Shown here in pieces: positions 11,551 through 20,291 of a stretch of DNA of 64,000 nucleotides; within the stretch, counting starts at the first letter, position 1; every line of letters starts with the position of its first letter. Where the stretch lies: the NCBI GenBank assembly GCA_937128795.1, contig CAKZMQ010000021.1:30577-94576 (forward strand), written 5' to 3'. Made by a program: the position numbers and the translations under genes. The notes beneath the pieces are model-generated. The model was given only the letters and a program-made list of their open reading frames with translations. It was not told where the DNA came from and searched no databases. The stretch is from an uncultured Solirubrobacterales bacterium (GTDB lineage: Bacteria > Actinomycetota > Thermoleophilia > Solirubrobacterales > JACPNS01).

Positions 11551-12477
11551 CTATCGGTCTCGGCCATATATGTACGCGCTGACGGACCGCAAATCGCTTG
11601 CATCGCCACGAAACTCGATCGAATCGAGCAGTCCGCAGACTTTTCGATAGCTCTCGTCCGCCAGTTCACGCGCGCGATCGAGACCAAAAACGCTGACATA
11701 TGTTGCCTTGCCGTGTCGCTCGTCGCTACCACTCGGCTTTCCGAGGTCGGCGTCCGAGCCAGTGACATCGAGGATATCGTCGATGATCTGAAAAAGCACC
11801 CCCAACTCTGCGCCGAACCGCCCGAGGTTCTCGACCGTCCCGGTGTCGGCGCCCAATGCGACCGCCGCACCCTTGACCGAAACGCGAATCAAGCGACCGG
11901 TCTTGAGTTCGTGCATCTGCGTCAGTTCTTCGGCGGTTTCGACCTGATCGGCGATGTCAATGAACTGACCGCCCACCATCCCTGCTGCACCGGTGGCCGC
12001 GAGCAGCTCGTCGATCGCCGCGATCACGTGTGCCGGCTCACCGGACTGGAACGAAGTGATCAGACGAAGCGCTTCGGCGAACAATGCATCGCCGGCAAGA
12101 ATTGCGACGTTTTCGCCGTAGGCAACGTGGCACGTCGGCTTACCACGACGCAGATCGTCGTCGTCCATCGCAGGGAGGTCGTCGTGGATCAGCGAGTACG
12201 TATGAATCAGCTCGAGCGCGGCGGCATACGGCATGACCGCCGCGGGATCGTGGCCGAGCGCGTGGGCCGTGCTCAGAGCCAGCACCGGTCGCACACGCTT
12301 GCCGCCTGCCAACAGCGAGTAACGCATTGCCTCGGTCAAGCCGTCTATCGGCACACTCTGATCGAAATCGACCTGCTCAAGATAGGCGTCGACCGCGGCC
12401 CGCTTGGCGTCGGGAAAAGCGACGGGGGTGTCTCCCGGAAGATGGACGGCGGGTCCGCTCATCTGACCCTCGGTCAC
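11551..12477 (-). CDS. ispA: Polyprenyl diphosphate synthase (FPP/GGPP synthase, IspA family)
   Basis: First Asp-rich motif LIHDDLPAMDDDDLRRGKPTCH and second Asp-rich motif FQIIDDILD. GTG start, in a 4-nt overlap with the xseB stop. The order xseB-ispA-dxs is as in E. coli. Confidence 0.9.
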   Translation of the reverse strand: MTEGQMSGPAVHLPGDTPVAFPDAKRAAVDAYLEQVDFDQSVPIDGLTEAMRYSLLAGGKRVRPVLALSTAHALGHDPAAVMPYAAALELIHTYSLIHDDLPAMDDDDLRRGKPTCHVAYGENVAILAGDALFAEALRLITSFQSGEPAHVIAAIDELLAATGAAGMVGGQFIDIADQVETAEELTQMHELKTGRLIRVSVKGAAVALGADTGTVENLGRFGAELGVLFQIIDDILDVTGSDADLGKPSGSDERHGKATYVSVFGLDRARELADESYRKVCGLLDSIEFRGDASDLRSVSAYIYGRDR

Positions 12478-12703
12478 CGCGAGACGGAATCTAGAGTCGA
12501 AGCTGCGCGGCTTGCCAGGTCGGTCAGTTCGCGCAGACGAGCTTCCAGGGCGCTGGCGTCAAATTCGCCCTCACGCAAAGTACCGACCTTCTCTTTGAGT
12601 TCGCCAATCAGTTGATCGAGCTCGGCGATCTGGGTGTCGGCGTTTTGGGTGTCGGCGTTTTGGACGTCGGCAATCTGCGCATCATTCTCAGAATGTTCAG
12701 TCA
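12474..12703 (-). CDS. xseB: Probable exodeoxyribonuclease VII small subunit
   Basis: This is the last 76 codons of ORF 12474..13022, starting at a GTG that overlaps the nusB stop. The helical pattern IAELDQLIGELKEKVGTLREGEFDASALEARLRELTDLASRA resembles XseB (LE.GDL.LEE.L..FERG..LAR). Its position upstream of ispA-dxs is the conserved one. Sequence similarity was judged by eye only. Confidence 0.55.
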
Positions 12704-13110
12704 CTGGCAGCTCCTGGCTCTGGACTTGCTCCGGCGGGGATATCGCGGAGGATCGACCCGAGAATACCGTTGACGAACTTTGGCGCGTCGGCCGAGCAGT
12801 AGTTCTTGGCGAGTTCGACCGCCTCATCCACCGCCACTTCCGGCGGAACGTCGCCGTTCGCGAGAAGTTCGTGGATCGCCACGCGGAGAATGTTGCGCTC
12901 AAGCGGCGCAATACGGTCGATCGGCCAGTTGCCCTTGGCGTAGCTCGTGATTTGCTCGTCGAGCTTCTCGCGCTCTTCGAGCGTCGCCTCCGCCAACGCG
13001 CGCGTGAAGTCGGTTGCGTCATCGGCGATCAAGGTGTCGAGATCGCGACCCGTCAAATCGTTCTGGTACAGGGCAAAAACGGCGAGCCTGCGTTGGTCCG
13101 ACCGTTTCAT
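12697..13110 (-). CDS. nusB: Transcription antitermination factor NusB
   Basis: 137 aa. RRLAVFALYQ...RNILRVAIHELL...VAVDEAVELAK is typical of NusB, and the gene follows efp as in other Actinomycetota. Confidence 0.92.
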   Translation of the reverse strand: MKRSDQRRLAVFALYQNDLTGRDLDTLIADDATDFTRALAEATLEEREKLDEQITSYAKGNWPIDRIAPLERNILRVAIHELLANGDVPPEVAVDEAVELAKNYCSADAPKFVNGILGSILRDIPAGASPEPGAASD

Positions 13111-13156
13111 CGTTGCTCACCCACGCCTCGAGCGTGCGTTGCCTGAACAACGGCGG

Positions 13157-13717
13157 CTATGCACGCGACATGTACTCGCCACTGCGGGTGTCCACCTTGA
13201 CGGTGTCGCCGGAGTTGAGAAAGAGCGGCACGTTGATTGTTTTGCCCGTCTCGAGCGTCGCGGGCTTGTTGCCGCCGCCCGACACCGTGTCCCCGCGGAC
13301 CCCGGGCTCCGTCTCGGTGATTTCGAGAACGACCGATGCCGGCAACTGGATGTCACTGAAATCGCCATCGATGTACAGCGCCTCGACCTCACTGTTGGGC
13401 TTGACGAATCCGAGCGGTTCTGCGAGTTTGGCGAGTGGCGCCGAAAGCTGATCAAACGTTTCGTTGTCCATGAAGTGGGCATCGTCGCCGTCGCTGTAGA
13501 GAAACTGCAGCTTCTTGACCTCCGTGCGCACGGAGCGGAATTTTTCGCCAGCTCGGAACGTTTTGTCGATCACAGCGCCGTCGCTGCTGCGCTTCAGCTT
13601 GGTGCGTACGAATGCACCGCCCTTGCCGGGTTTGACGTGTTGGAATTCCACGATCTTGTAGACCGTGCCCTCGACGTCGATGTGATTGCCGTTCTTGAAC
13701 TGGTTTGTGGAGATCAT
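13157..13717 (-). CDS. efp: Elongation factor P
   Basis: 186 aa. MISTNQFKNGNHIDVEGTVYKIVEFQHVKPGKGGAFVRTKLK is the canonical EF-P N-terminus. Confidence 0.96.
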   Translation of the reverse strand: MISTNQFKNGNHIDVEGTVYKIVEFQHVKPGKGGAFVRTKLKRSSDGAVIDKTFRAGEKFRSVRTEVKKLQFLYSDGDDAHFMDNETFDQLSAPLAKLAEPLGFVKPNSEVEALYIDGDFSDIQLPASVVLEITETEPGVRGDTVSGGGNKPATLETGKTINVPLFLNSGDTVKVDTRSGEYMSRA

Positions 13718-13755
13718 GGACGCGAAGGATAGACCCGCGCGCTGGCGAGCACGGT

Positions 13756-13959
13756 TCAGTCTGTTTTCGACGAGTCGGCGTCGCGCGGCCGGTCTGGCTC
13801 TTCGGCGGCAGCGCGCGCCTTGCGGTCCGCCATACGCTGATAGGCGATGCCCCCCGCGAGCACCAGAACCGGAGCGAGATAAAGCAGGTTCGCCAGCCAG
13901 TGACCGACGTGCGCGAGCGGGAGCTCGGTTCCTACAGACGATGCAAGCTCAGAAATCAT
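13756..13959 (-). CDS. Small hypothetical membrane protein (67 aa)
   Basis: This is the last 67 codons of ORF 13756..14589: MISELASSVGTELPLAHVGHWLANLLYLAPVLVLAGGIAYQRMADRK... It has one TM helix. Its ATG overlaps the stop of the upstream membrane protein (ATGA), which suggests translational coupling. Confidence 0.5.
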   Translation of the reverse strand: MISELASSVGTELPLAHVGHWLANLLYLAPVLVLAGGIAYQRMADRKARAAAEEPDRPRDADSSKTD

Positions 13960-15269
13960 TGGTTCGCTTGCGACAGTAGCCAGAGGCCGAAACTGGTGAA
14001 GCCGACCATGACGATCAGCATCCACACCTGCGACTGCACCGCCGCGCGGGCCTTGCCCCAAACAGAGAGCGCCTTGTCGTGCGCGACGGCCAGACCGGCG
14101 ACGTGGCCGATTACCAGCGCAAGCACCTGCACGTACCAAATCACTTGGCTGGAAACGAACCGGTAGTCGATGCCGGACGTCGCCGTACCGAAATAGTCGG
14201 AACCGTTCCCCAGCGGATCCGACAACATTGGCCAGAGTGCCTGCCCTTGGAACATGATGAACGAGAAGTAGTGGGCGACGACGTAGCCGAGCATGATCGG
14301 GACGAGCGACGGTGCGAACGTCTGCGAGAGCTCGCGCGCCGACATCTCGATATGACTTGAGCGCATCCCCTCGACTCCGAGGCGGTAGAAACCGAACACG
14401 ATTCCGATCGCAACGAGCAGTCCAAGCGTCGAAGTGATCACGCTGGGATCTGTGCCGCCGACACTCTGCCAGAGCGCACCTTCGGAAGCCCCGTCGAACG
14501 CTGTGATGCCGATGGCGGCGCAAAAGAACATCACCGTTGCGGGCAGCCACTGGATGTCGGTCAAGCCAGAGAGCGGAAGACGAGTGCATACCCGTCCTCG
14601 CTGCACCGTCAACGGTGCGATCCGCGAAAACATGTTGAAGTAGAGGTTGAAGGCGTCTCCGCGTTCACTCCACCGGTCACTGCCGAACAGCGCCATGCCC
14701 GAGAACTGGACCACGCTGTAGGCGATGATCATCCAGGCGAGAAAACTCGGATCGCGTCCCGATTCGGCGACCAACTCGATCCAACCGAAAGCAAACAACA
14801 GGACAACCGCTGGCCATCGTCCAAGTGCCTCGGGATAGTTGAACGGTGCCGGAAGTGCGTTCGGTGCGATCTTCGACTTGGCCCATCCTGCGGCGCGACC
14901 AACTGCAAGCCACGGGTTGAAGGCGCGAAAAACGTCTCCGAGGGCGGCGGAGATTATTGGCAGGACCGACCAGGCGTAGACATAGACAAAGGTCGGGACG
15001 ATATTCGTCGACGGATCCTGATCACCGGCGAACCCCGCATAGACGAGGAACGTCAGGACAGCGATGCCGACGAATCCGCACAGCGGACCGAAGAACTGAG
15101 AAATTCTGAAGCGTGGCCTGGGTGTTGCCGTTTCCAGTTTCGGCGTCTGCCACATCGCCGCGAAGGCGAAGAACGAAACCGCAAGCACAGCGGCCGCCGC
15201 CCATGCAAACAGCCATCCGGGCAGCGGCAGATCAGCGCGTTCGCCAAGTCCATGTGCGAGGACGATCAA
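13956..15269 (-). CDS. Hypothetical polytopic integral membrane protein (437 aa)
   Basis: Long ORF that reads hydrophobic by eye, with about 10 predicted TM segments. It overlaps both neighbouring ORFs by 4 nt. No family was recognised by eye. Confidence 0.75.
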   Translation of the reverse strand: MIVLAHGLGERADLPLPGWLFAWAAAAVLAVSFFAFAAMWQTPKLETATPRPRFRISQFFGPLCGFVGIAVLTFLVYAGFAGDQDPSTNIVPTFVYVYAWSVLPIISAALGDVFRAFNPWLAVGRAAGWAKSKIAPNALPAPFNYPEALGRWPAVVLLFAFGWIELVAESGRDPSFLAWMIIAYSVVQFSGMALFGSDRWSERGDAFNLYFNMFSRIAPLTVQRGRVCTRLPLSGLTDIQWLPATVMFFCAAIGITAFDGASEGALWQSVGGTDPSVITSTLGLLVAIGIVFGFYRLGVEGMRSSHIEMSARELSQTFAPSLVPIMLGYVVAHYFSFIMFQGQALWPMLSDPLGNGSDYFGTATSGIDYRFVSSQVIWYVQVLALVIGHVAGLAVAHDKALSVWGKARAAVQSQVWMLIVMVGFTSFGLWLLSQANQ

Positions 15270-15838
15270 GGACTGACCCTGAGGACCGCCACCTGCTCGC
15301 CGTTGCCGTGAAGCTCGATCTCGAAGACTCCGTCGATGTCGGCCTTGAACTTGTAGTTGACCGTCTTGCTCGCCGGCAGCGGGACGTAGAGGTCATATCC
15401 ATGGATGTGCAGTTCGTCCGTCGTCGCCGAGCGACCGCGGATATACACCGTTTCGCCCTTGTCGACCTTGATCGTGGTCTTTTTCCCGGATCTCAGCAAG
15501 GGCGCGGTGCTCCTGGATGTTCCTGCCTCTGCGCCGCCGGTTCCCGAGCCGTCGTTCTGCGGACTGGCACCGCCGGTGTCATCGCCCGGGCTGCCGCCAC
15601 CAGTGCCGTCATCGGGCGTCGTCCCGCCCGTATCGTCGTCGTCCCCGGATCCTCCGGTGGACCCTGTTCCGCCAGTCGACGGCGTGCTCGTTGACCCGGT
15701 GGGTTGCTGCGCCGGCGCGCTTGGTTCGTCGGTCTCGGTCGCCGTGTTCGAGTCGTCGCTGGTGCCGATCACGACTGCGGCAACGATCAGGATCACAGCG
15801 CCGATCAGTGCCAGTGCCCAGCGGGTGTTTTTGCTCAC
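15266..15838 (-). CDS. Membrane-anchored secreted protein with a Thr/Gly/Asp-rich linker and a C-terminal beta-sandwich domain (possibly cupredoxin-like)
   Basis: N-terminal TM/signal anchor (WALALIGAVILIVAAVVIG) followed by a low-complexity TGGS/D linker. The C-terminal domain reads IKVDKGETVYIRGRSATTDELHIHGYDLYVPLPASKTVNYKFKADIDGVFEIELHG. The cupredoxin-like assignment is a weak impression. No Cys ligand is present. Confidence 0.6.
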   Translation of the reverse strand: MSKNTRWALALIGAVILIVAAVVIGTSDDSNTATETDEPSAPAQQPTGSTSTPSTGGTGSTGGSGDDDDTGGTTPDDGTGGGSPGDDTGGASPQNDGSGTGGAEAGTSRSTAPLLRSGKKTTIKVDKGETVYIRGRSATTDELHIHGYDLYVPLPASKTVNYKFKADIDGVFEIELHGNGEQVAVLRVSP

Positions 15839-15932
15839 TTGTTTTCGCTCCGGGTCGGGATGGTTTGGAGTTCCTGAATGCTGGCTGGAACTCTACATCG
15901 TTTGGTGTCGAGTTCGCTCGGGTGCGTATCGG

Positions 15933-17033
15933 TCAATCGACGACGAGTAGTTGTTTTTCAAACGGTGTCAGCACTCGCGGTCCGTCGTCGGCGACCACCA
16001 CAAGATCTTCGATCCGCACCCCGAACTCACCCGGCAAGTAGATGCCGGGTTCAACGGTGACGACATTTCCCAGTTCGAGCACGTCCTTCGAGCGCGAAGA
16101 GAGCGTCGGCAGTTCATGCACTTCCACGCCCACACCGTGCCCGGTGCTGTGACCGAACTGATCCGCATATCCCGCCGCGTCGATCACGTCTCTGGCAGAT
16201 TTGTCGATCAACTGGCACTCAACGCCCTCGGCGATTTGCGCGAGTGCGGTTCGCTGCGCATCGAGCACGATGTCGTAAATCTCGCGCGCGTGACCATCCA
16301 CGTTTCCAGATGCAAACGTTCGCGTGCAGTCCGAGCAGTAGCCGTCGAACACGACGCCAAGGTCTAGAACCACCAACTCCCCGTCGCCGATCTTTCGATC
16401 GCGCGGCTCGGCGTGCGGCAGCGCGCCGTGTGGGCCGCCAGCGACGATCGGTGGGAATGAAAGCCCACTGGCTCCGCGCTCCCGGGCAAGCCACTCGATG
16501 CGCCAGGCGACATCCTTTTCGCTTCTTCCAGCGAGACCCTCCTCGGAAATCGTTGAGTAGATCGAATCGGCGATCGCAGCAGCTCGGGCGATCGCGTCGA
16601 TTTCGTCCGCATCCTTGACTGCGCGCAGCTTTTCGACAACGCCGGCGGCGGCGACCAATTCAGTCCCCTCAGAGAGTTCCTCGACCAACGCAGCGTGATT
16701 TTTGACGCGCATGTCGGCATCGTCAAAACCGACCTTCGCTCGGGTGTTCATCCGTTCGGCCAACCGCTTGCGCGGAGTTTCACCGCCGTCGATCACTTCG
16801 AAATCAGGAGATTGGTCGGCAGCCTGTTCGACGTAGCGAAAGTCGGTCAGCAGGTAGGCGTCGTCGGGGTCGATCAAAAGTGTGCCATTAGTGCCGGTGA
16901 ACGCCGAGAGGTAACGCACGTTTTCTTTGCCCGACACCAGTAAGGCGTCGAGACCGTCGGTGGCGATCAGCTCGCGAAGCCGACCGATTCGCTCAATCGA
17001 CCTACTCATCGCCATCGACCGCTTGTTCGGCAT
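15933..17033 (-). CDS. pepQ: Xaa-Pro aminopeptidase / dipeptidase (M24B family)
   Basis: Creatinase-like N-domain plus an M24 catalytic domain with metal ligands in context (DLGVVFDGYCSDCTRTF, HSTGHGVGVEVHE, TVEPGIYLPGEFGVRIED). The true start may be one of the Met codons at 17015 or 17009. Confidence 0.9.
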   Translation of the reverse strand: MPNKRSMAMSRSIERIGRLRELIATDGLDALLVSGKENVRYLSAFTGTNGTLLIDPDDAYLLTDFRYVEQAADQSPDFEVIDGGETPRKRLAERMNTRAKVGFDDADMRVKNHAALVEELSEGTELVAAAGVVEKLRAVKDADEIDAIARAAAIADSIYSTISEEGLAGRSEKDVAWRIEWLARERGASGLSFPPIVAGGPHGALPHAEPRDRKIGDGELVVLDLGVVFDGYCSDCTRTFASGNVDGHAREIYDIVLDAQRTALAQIAEGVECQLIDKSARDVIDAAGYADQFGHSTGHGVGVEVHELPTLSSRSKDVLELGNVVTVEPGIYLPGEFGVRIEDLVVVADDGPRVLTPFEKQLLVVD

Positions 17034-17475
17034 TCTTCACGAGTTCGCCGCGAAGCGCTGATAGCGCCGTGCGGTAGCCCTCAACACCTTCGCCAGCCAC
17101 AGTGAGGATGCACTGGTCGCGAATCACCGATTGCTGCCGCCAATCCTCGCGCGCCGTCAGGTCTGAGATGTGAACCTCGACGGCCGGCATCGCGGCAATC
17201 TCGAGCGCATCGTGAATTGCCCAGCTGTAGTGCGTCCAGGCTCCCGGGTTGAGAATCAATCCGTCGGCCAATTCGCGCGCGCGGTGAAGCCGTTCAACGA
17301 ACTCGCCTTCGCTGTTGGTCTGAAAACACGACACTTCCAGCGACAACTCATCCGCGAAGCTCTCGATCTTGTATTCGAGTTCCGACAGGCTGAAGCTGCC
17401 GTAGATCTCGTTCGGCCGCTTTCCGAGCATGTCAAGGTTGACTCCGTGTAGCACTTCGATCCTGCTGCGCATCAA
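17002..17475 (-). CDS. aroQ: Type II 3-dehydroquinate dehydratase
   Basis: IEVLHGVNLDMLGKRPNEIYG...NPGAWTHYSWAIHDAL...EVHISD are canonical AroQ motifs. Confidence 0.95.
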   Translation of the reverse strand: MMRSRIEVLHGVNLDMLGKRPNEIYGSFSLSELEYKIESFADELSLEVSCFQTNSEGEFVERLHRARELADGLILNPGAWTHYSWAIHDALEIAAMPAVEVHISDLTAREDWRQQSVIRDQCILTVAGEGVEGYRTALSALRGELVKNAEQAVDGDE

Positions 17476-17503
17476 AGCCCGCTCTCGTGTTGGTTGCCTG
17501 ACA

Positions 17504-19036
17504 TCAAACGATCAATTCTTCGACGGCCGCGCGTAGCTCGCCAGCGGCAATCTCGTGCCCCGGCGTGACCTGCCCCGGCTGCTCGACGAGCACAAATGGC
17601 ACAACGTCTCCCTTGCGTTTCTTGTCGAGCCTGATCCCTTCGATCACGGTATCCGCGGAGACGCCGGAAACCGTCACGGGAAGACCCGCAGCACGGCACA
17701 CGTCGATCACCTGTTGACGCAATGCCTCGTTCCCGGAGAGCCGCATCGCGCCGGCCAGTCCGATGCTTACGGCTTCACCGTGACGCAGAGTGCCATACCC
17801 GGCCGCGGTCTCGATCGCGTGTCCGATCGTGTGACCAAGGTTGAGAATCTGTCGCAGGTTCGCATCGCGCTCGTCGGCAGAGACGACGCTCAATTTTGTT
17901 CGCGCGCATTCGAAGACGACCCATGGATCTAGTGGTTGGCCAAGATCCACGCCGGCTGCCACCTTCTTCCAGAGCCGGCCACCAGCGATCAATGCCGTCT
18001 TAATCACTTCGGCGTAACCGGCAACGAGCTCGGCCTTCGGCAATCCGACCAACGCATCCGTGTCGACCAAGACAGCGTCTGGCTGGTGAAACGCACCGGC
18101 GTAGTTCTTCGCAGCGGGCAGGTCCACACCGGTCTTACCGCCGTATGCGGAGTCCACCTGCGCCACGAGACTCGTCGGCACTTGAATGAACGGCGTACCG
18201 CGCTGGTAGATAGCCGCGGCAAATCCAGCAAGGTCGCCAACCACACCGCCGCCGACCGCGGCGATCTGACGCCCACGTTCGAACTGACGCTCGGCGAGTT
18301 GGGAACATACGGATTCGACTTCCGCAAGCGTCTTTGCCGTCTCTCCGGCAGGAACGATGATTCCCTCGTCGAGCCATGGGTAGATATTCAGGAGGTGCTC
18401 GTCGGTGACGGTCACGGCATCGCGGCGGGCGAGCCAAAGATCTCCGCGCTCGAGCACCCCCGGGTCAAACACAGATGGGTATCCCCAAGACTTGCCAGCC
18501 GCCCAGAGCATCCGCGGGTTTTGCATTGACGAACTCGGTCGGCTCAGCAACTCTCGAAGGACCGGTAGCGCTTCCCGCAACGCACCCCGAGGCGAGTTCG
18601 GAATTATCGCGTCGGAGGTGTCCTCGTACGTCGCGAGCCGCTTGGAGTGCAGCGCTCGAAACGCCTCTTCATCGCGGGCGAGCGGGCGACGAGAGTTCTT
18701 CACGCGCTGCCAAGCGTCGTCGGCAGAGATTTCCAAGTACACCACAAGATGCTTCTTCAGCGCGCGGCGTGTCTTTGACGACTGCAATGCACCGCCGCCG
18801 AGTGCAATTACGGCGGGTTCATCGGCGGACAGAACCTTCGCGATCAGCGCTTCTTCGCGTTCGCGAAAATCACTTTCGCCGTGCTTGTCGAAGAACTTGG
18901 GGATCGACATGCCGACTTCGCGTTCGAGCAGCGCGTCACTGTCGACCGCTTCGCGGCCGAGCTGTTTTGCCAGACGGGTCGCCGAACTCGACTTGCCGGC
19001 GCCCATGAAGCCGGTCAAGACGAGATGACGGGTCAT
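17504..19036 (-). CDS. aroKB: Bifunctional shikimate kinase / 3-dehydroquinate synthase (AroK-AroB fusion)
   Basis: ORF 17504..19186. The start is set at MTRHLVLTGFMGAGKSS (Walker A of AroK) so that it does not overlap aroC. The C-terminal roughly 340 aa are AroB (GGGVVGDLAGFAAAIYQRGTPFIQVPTSLVAQVDSAYGGKTGVD, NLGHTIGHAIE). Confidence 0.9.
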   Translation of the reverse strand: MTRHLVLTGFMGAGKSSSATRLAKQLGREAVDSDALLEREVGMSIPKFFDKHGESDFREREEALIAKVLSADEPAVIALGGGALQSSKTRRALKKHLVVYLEISADDAWQRVKNSRRPLARDEEAFRALHSKRLATYEDTSDAIIPNSPRGALREALPVLRELLSRPSSSMQNPRMLWAAGKSWGYPSVFDPGVLERGDLWLARRDAVTVTDEHLLNIYPWLDEGIIVPAGETAKTLAEVESVCSQLAERQFERGRQIAAVGGGVVGDLAGFAAAIYQRGTPFIQVPTSLVAQVDSAYGGKTGVDLPAAKNYAGAFHQPDAVLVDTDALVGLPKAELVAGYAEVIKTALIAGGRLWKKVAAGVDLGQPLDPWVVFECARTKLSVVSADERDANLRQILNLGHTIGHAIETAAGYGTLRHGEAVSIGLAGAMRLSGNEALRQQVIDVCRAAGLPVTVSGVSADTVIEGIRLDKKRKGDVVPFVLVEQPGQVTPGHEIAAGELRAAVEELIV

Positions 19037-19040
19037 GGAA

Positions 19041-20240
19041 TTACTTGCTCTCCCGATGGAAGACTGCCTCACCGGCAATTCTGGCGCGATAGGCGGACAG
19101 CGCGGCCTGCGTGTCGGCGATGTTGTCGCCGCCGAACTTTTCGAGATAAGCGTTCGCAAAGACCAGCGCGGCCATCGCCTCTCCAACCACGCCTGCAGCA
19201 GGGACCGTGCACGAGTCGGTGCGTTCGCGCAACGCCTCCGCCTCTTCGCCGGTGGCGATGTCGACGCTTCGCAGCGGCTTGGTCAGGGTCGGCAACGGCT
19301 TCATCGCGCCCTTCACGACGACGGTCTCGCCGTTCGTCATACCGCCCTCGATGCCGCCGGCGTGGTTGGTCGTGCGATGAAAGCCGTATGGTCCGTCGCC
19401 CGGAAAGATTTCGTCGTGCGCCGCCGATCCGGGGACGTTGGTAAGACCGAAGCCGTCACCGAACCCGACGCCCTTGATCGCCTGGATCGAGCAGAACGCC
19501 TGAGCGAGCCGTCCCTCGATCCGGCCGTCCCACGTCGCGTACGAGCCGACCCCCGGCACGAGACCAAAAATCAGCACTTCGAAGATGCCGCCAATCGATT
19601 CGTTCGCCTTGCGCTGGACGTCGATGTGCCGGATCATCGCGCGCTCGGTGTCCTTGTCGAGGCAGCGGACGGGGGATTCGTCAACAGCGTCAAAATCAGC
19701 GAGCGTCAACGGACTCTCCGACGGCGGCGCGTCGACCTCACCGACCCGCGTCACGTGACTGCGGATTTCCACGCCGAGGTCGCGCAGGACCGCACGTGCG
19801 ACCGCGCCAGCTGCAACGCGGGCGGTCGTCTCACGCGCACTTGCACGCTCAAGCACGTTGCGCACGTCTTCGTGACCGAACTTCTGAACTCCCGCCAGAT
19901 CGGCGTGCCCGGGGCGCGGAAGATGCACCTGAGACACGTCGGCATCGACGGGCCATGGGTTCATGCGCTCCTCCCAGTTCGCGTAGTCGCGATTCGGGAT
20001 CGATAGCGCGATCGGACTACCCAGAGTGCGGCCATGACGGATGCCAGAAACTACGGTGGCGGCGTCTTTCTCGATCTTCATGCGACCGCCGCGGCCGTAG
20101 CCGAGCTGCCGACGCGCAAGGTCGTCGTTGAGGTCGTCCGGGGCGAGCTCAATGCCCGCCGGCACGCCTTCGATCATCGCGACGAGACCCGGTCCGTGAG
20201 ACTCGCCAGCAGTTGTGAAGCGCAGATGCATCGCCGCCAA
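19041..20240 (-). CDS. aroC: Chorismate synthase
   Basis: FTTAGESHGPGLVAMIEGVPAG...GRGGRMKIE...RASARETTARVAAG are canonical AroC motifs. Confidence 0.96.
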   Translation of the reverse strand: MAAMHLRFTTAGESHGPGLVAMIEGVPAGIELAPDDLNDDLARRQLGYGRGGRMKIEKDAATVVSGIRHGRTLGSPIALSIPNRDYANWEERMNPWPVDADVSQVHLPRPGHADLAGVQKFGHEDVRNVLERASARETTARVAAGAVARAVLRDLGVEIRSHVTRVGEVDAPPSESPLTLADFDAVDESPVRCLDKDTERAMIRHIDVQRKANESIGGIFEVLIFGLVPGVGSYATWDGRIEGRLAQAFCSIQAIKGVGFGDGFGLTNVPGSAAHDEIFPGDGPYGFHRTTNHAGGIEGGMTNGETVVVKGAMKPLPTLTKPLRSVDIATGEEAEALRERTDSCTVPAAGVVGEAMAALVFANAYLEKFGGDNIADTQAALSAYRARIAGEAVFHRESK

Positions 20241-20291
20241 GCCTAGATCATGCGCTGTCGACCAAAATCGATCGACCGCTGGATTTGCAGG

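Noticed and set aside
12474-13022. 182-aa ORF spanning nusB in another frame
   Set aside because: Only the last 76 codons, after the nusB stop, are non-overlapping and look protein-like (called as xseB). The upstream part is an alternative-frame artefact over nusB.
17504-19186. N-terminally extended 560-aa version of the aroK/aroB ORF
   Set aside because: The extension overlaps the 3' end of aroC by about 145 nt and encodes Arg/Pro/Ser-rich sequence. The Walker-A-containing AroK domain starts at the Met at 19036, 5 nt after the aroC stop.
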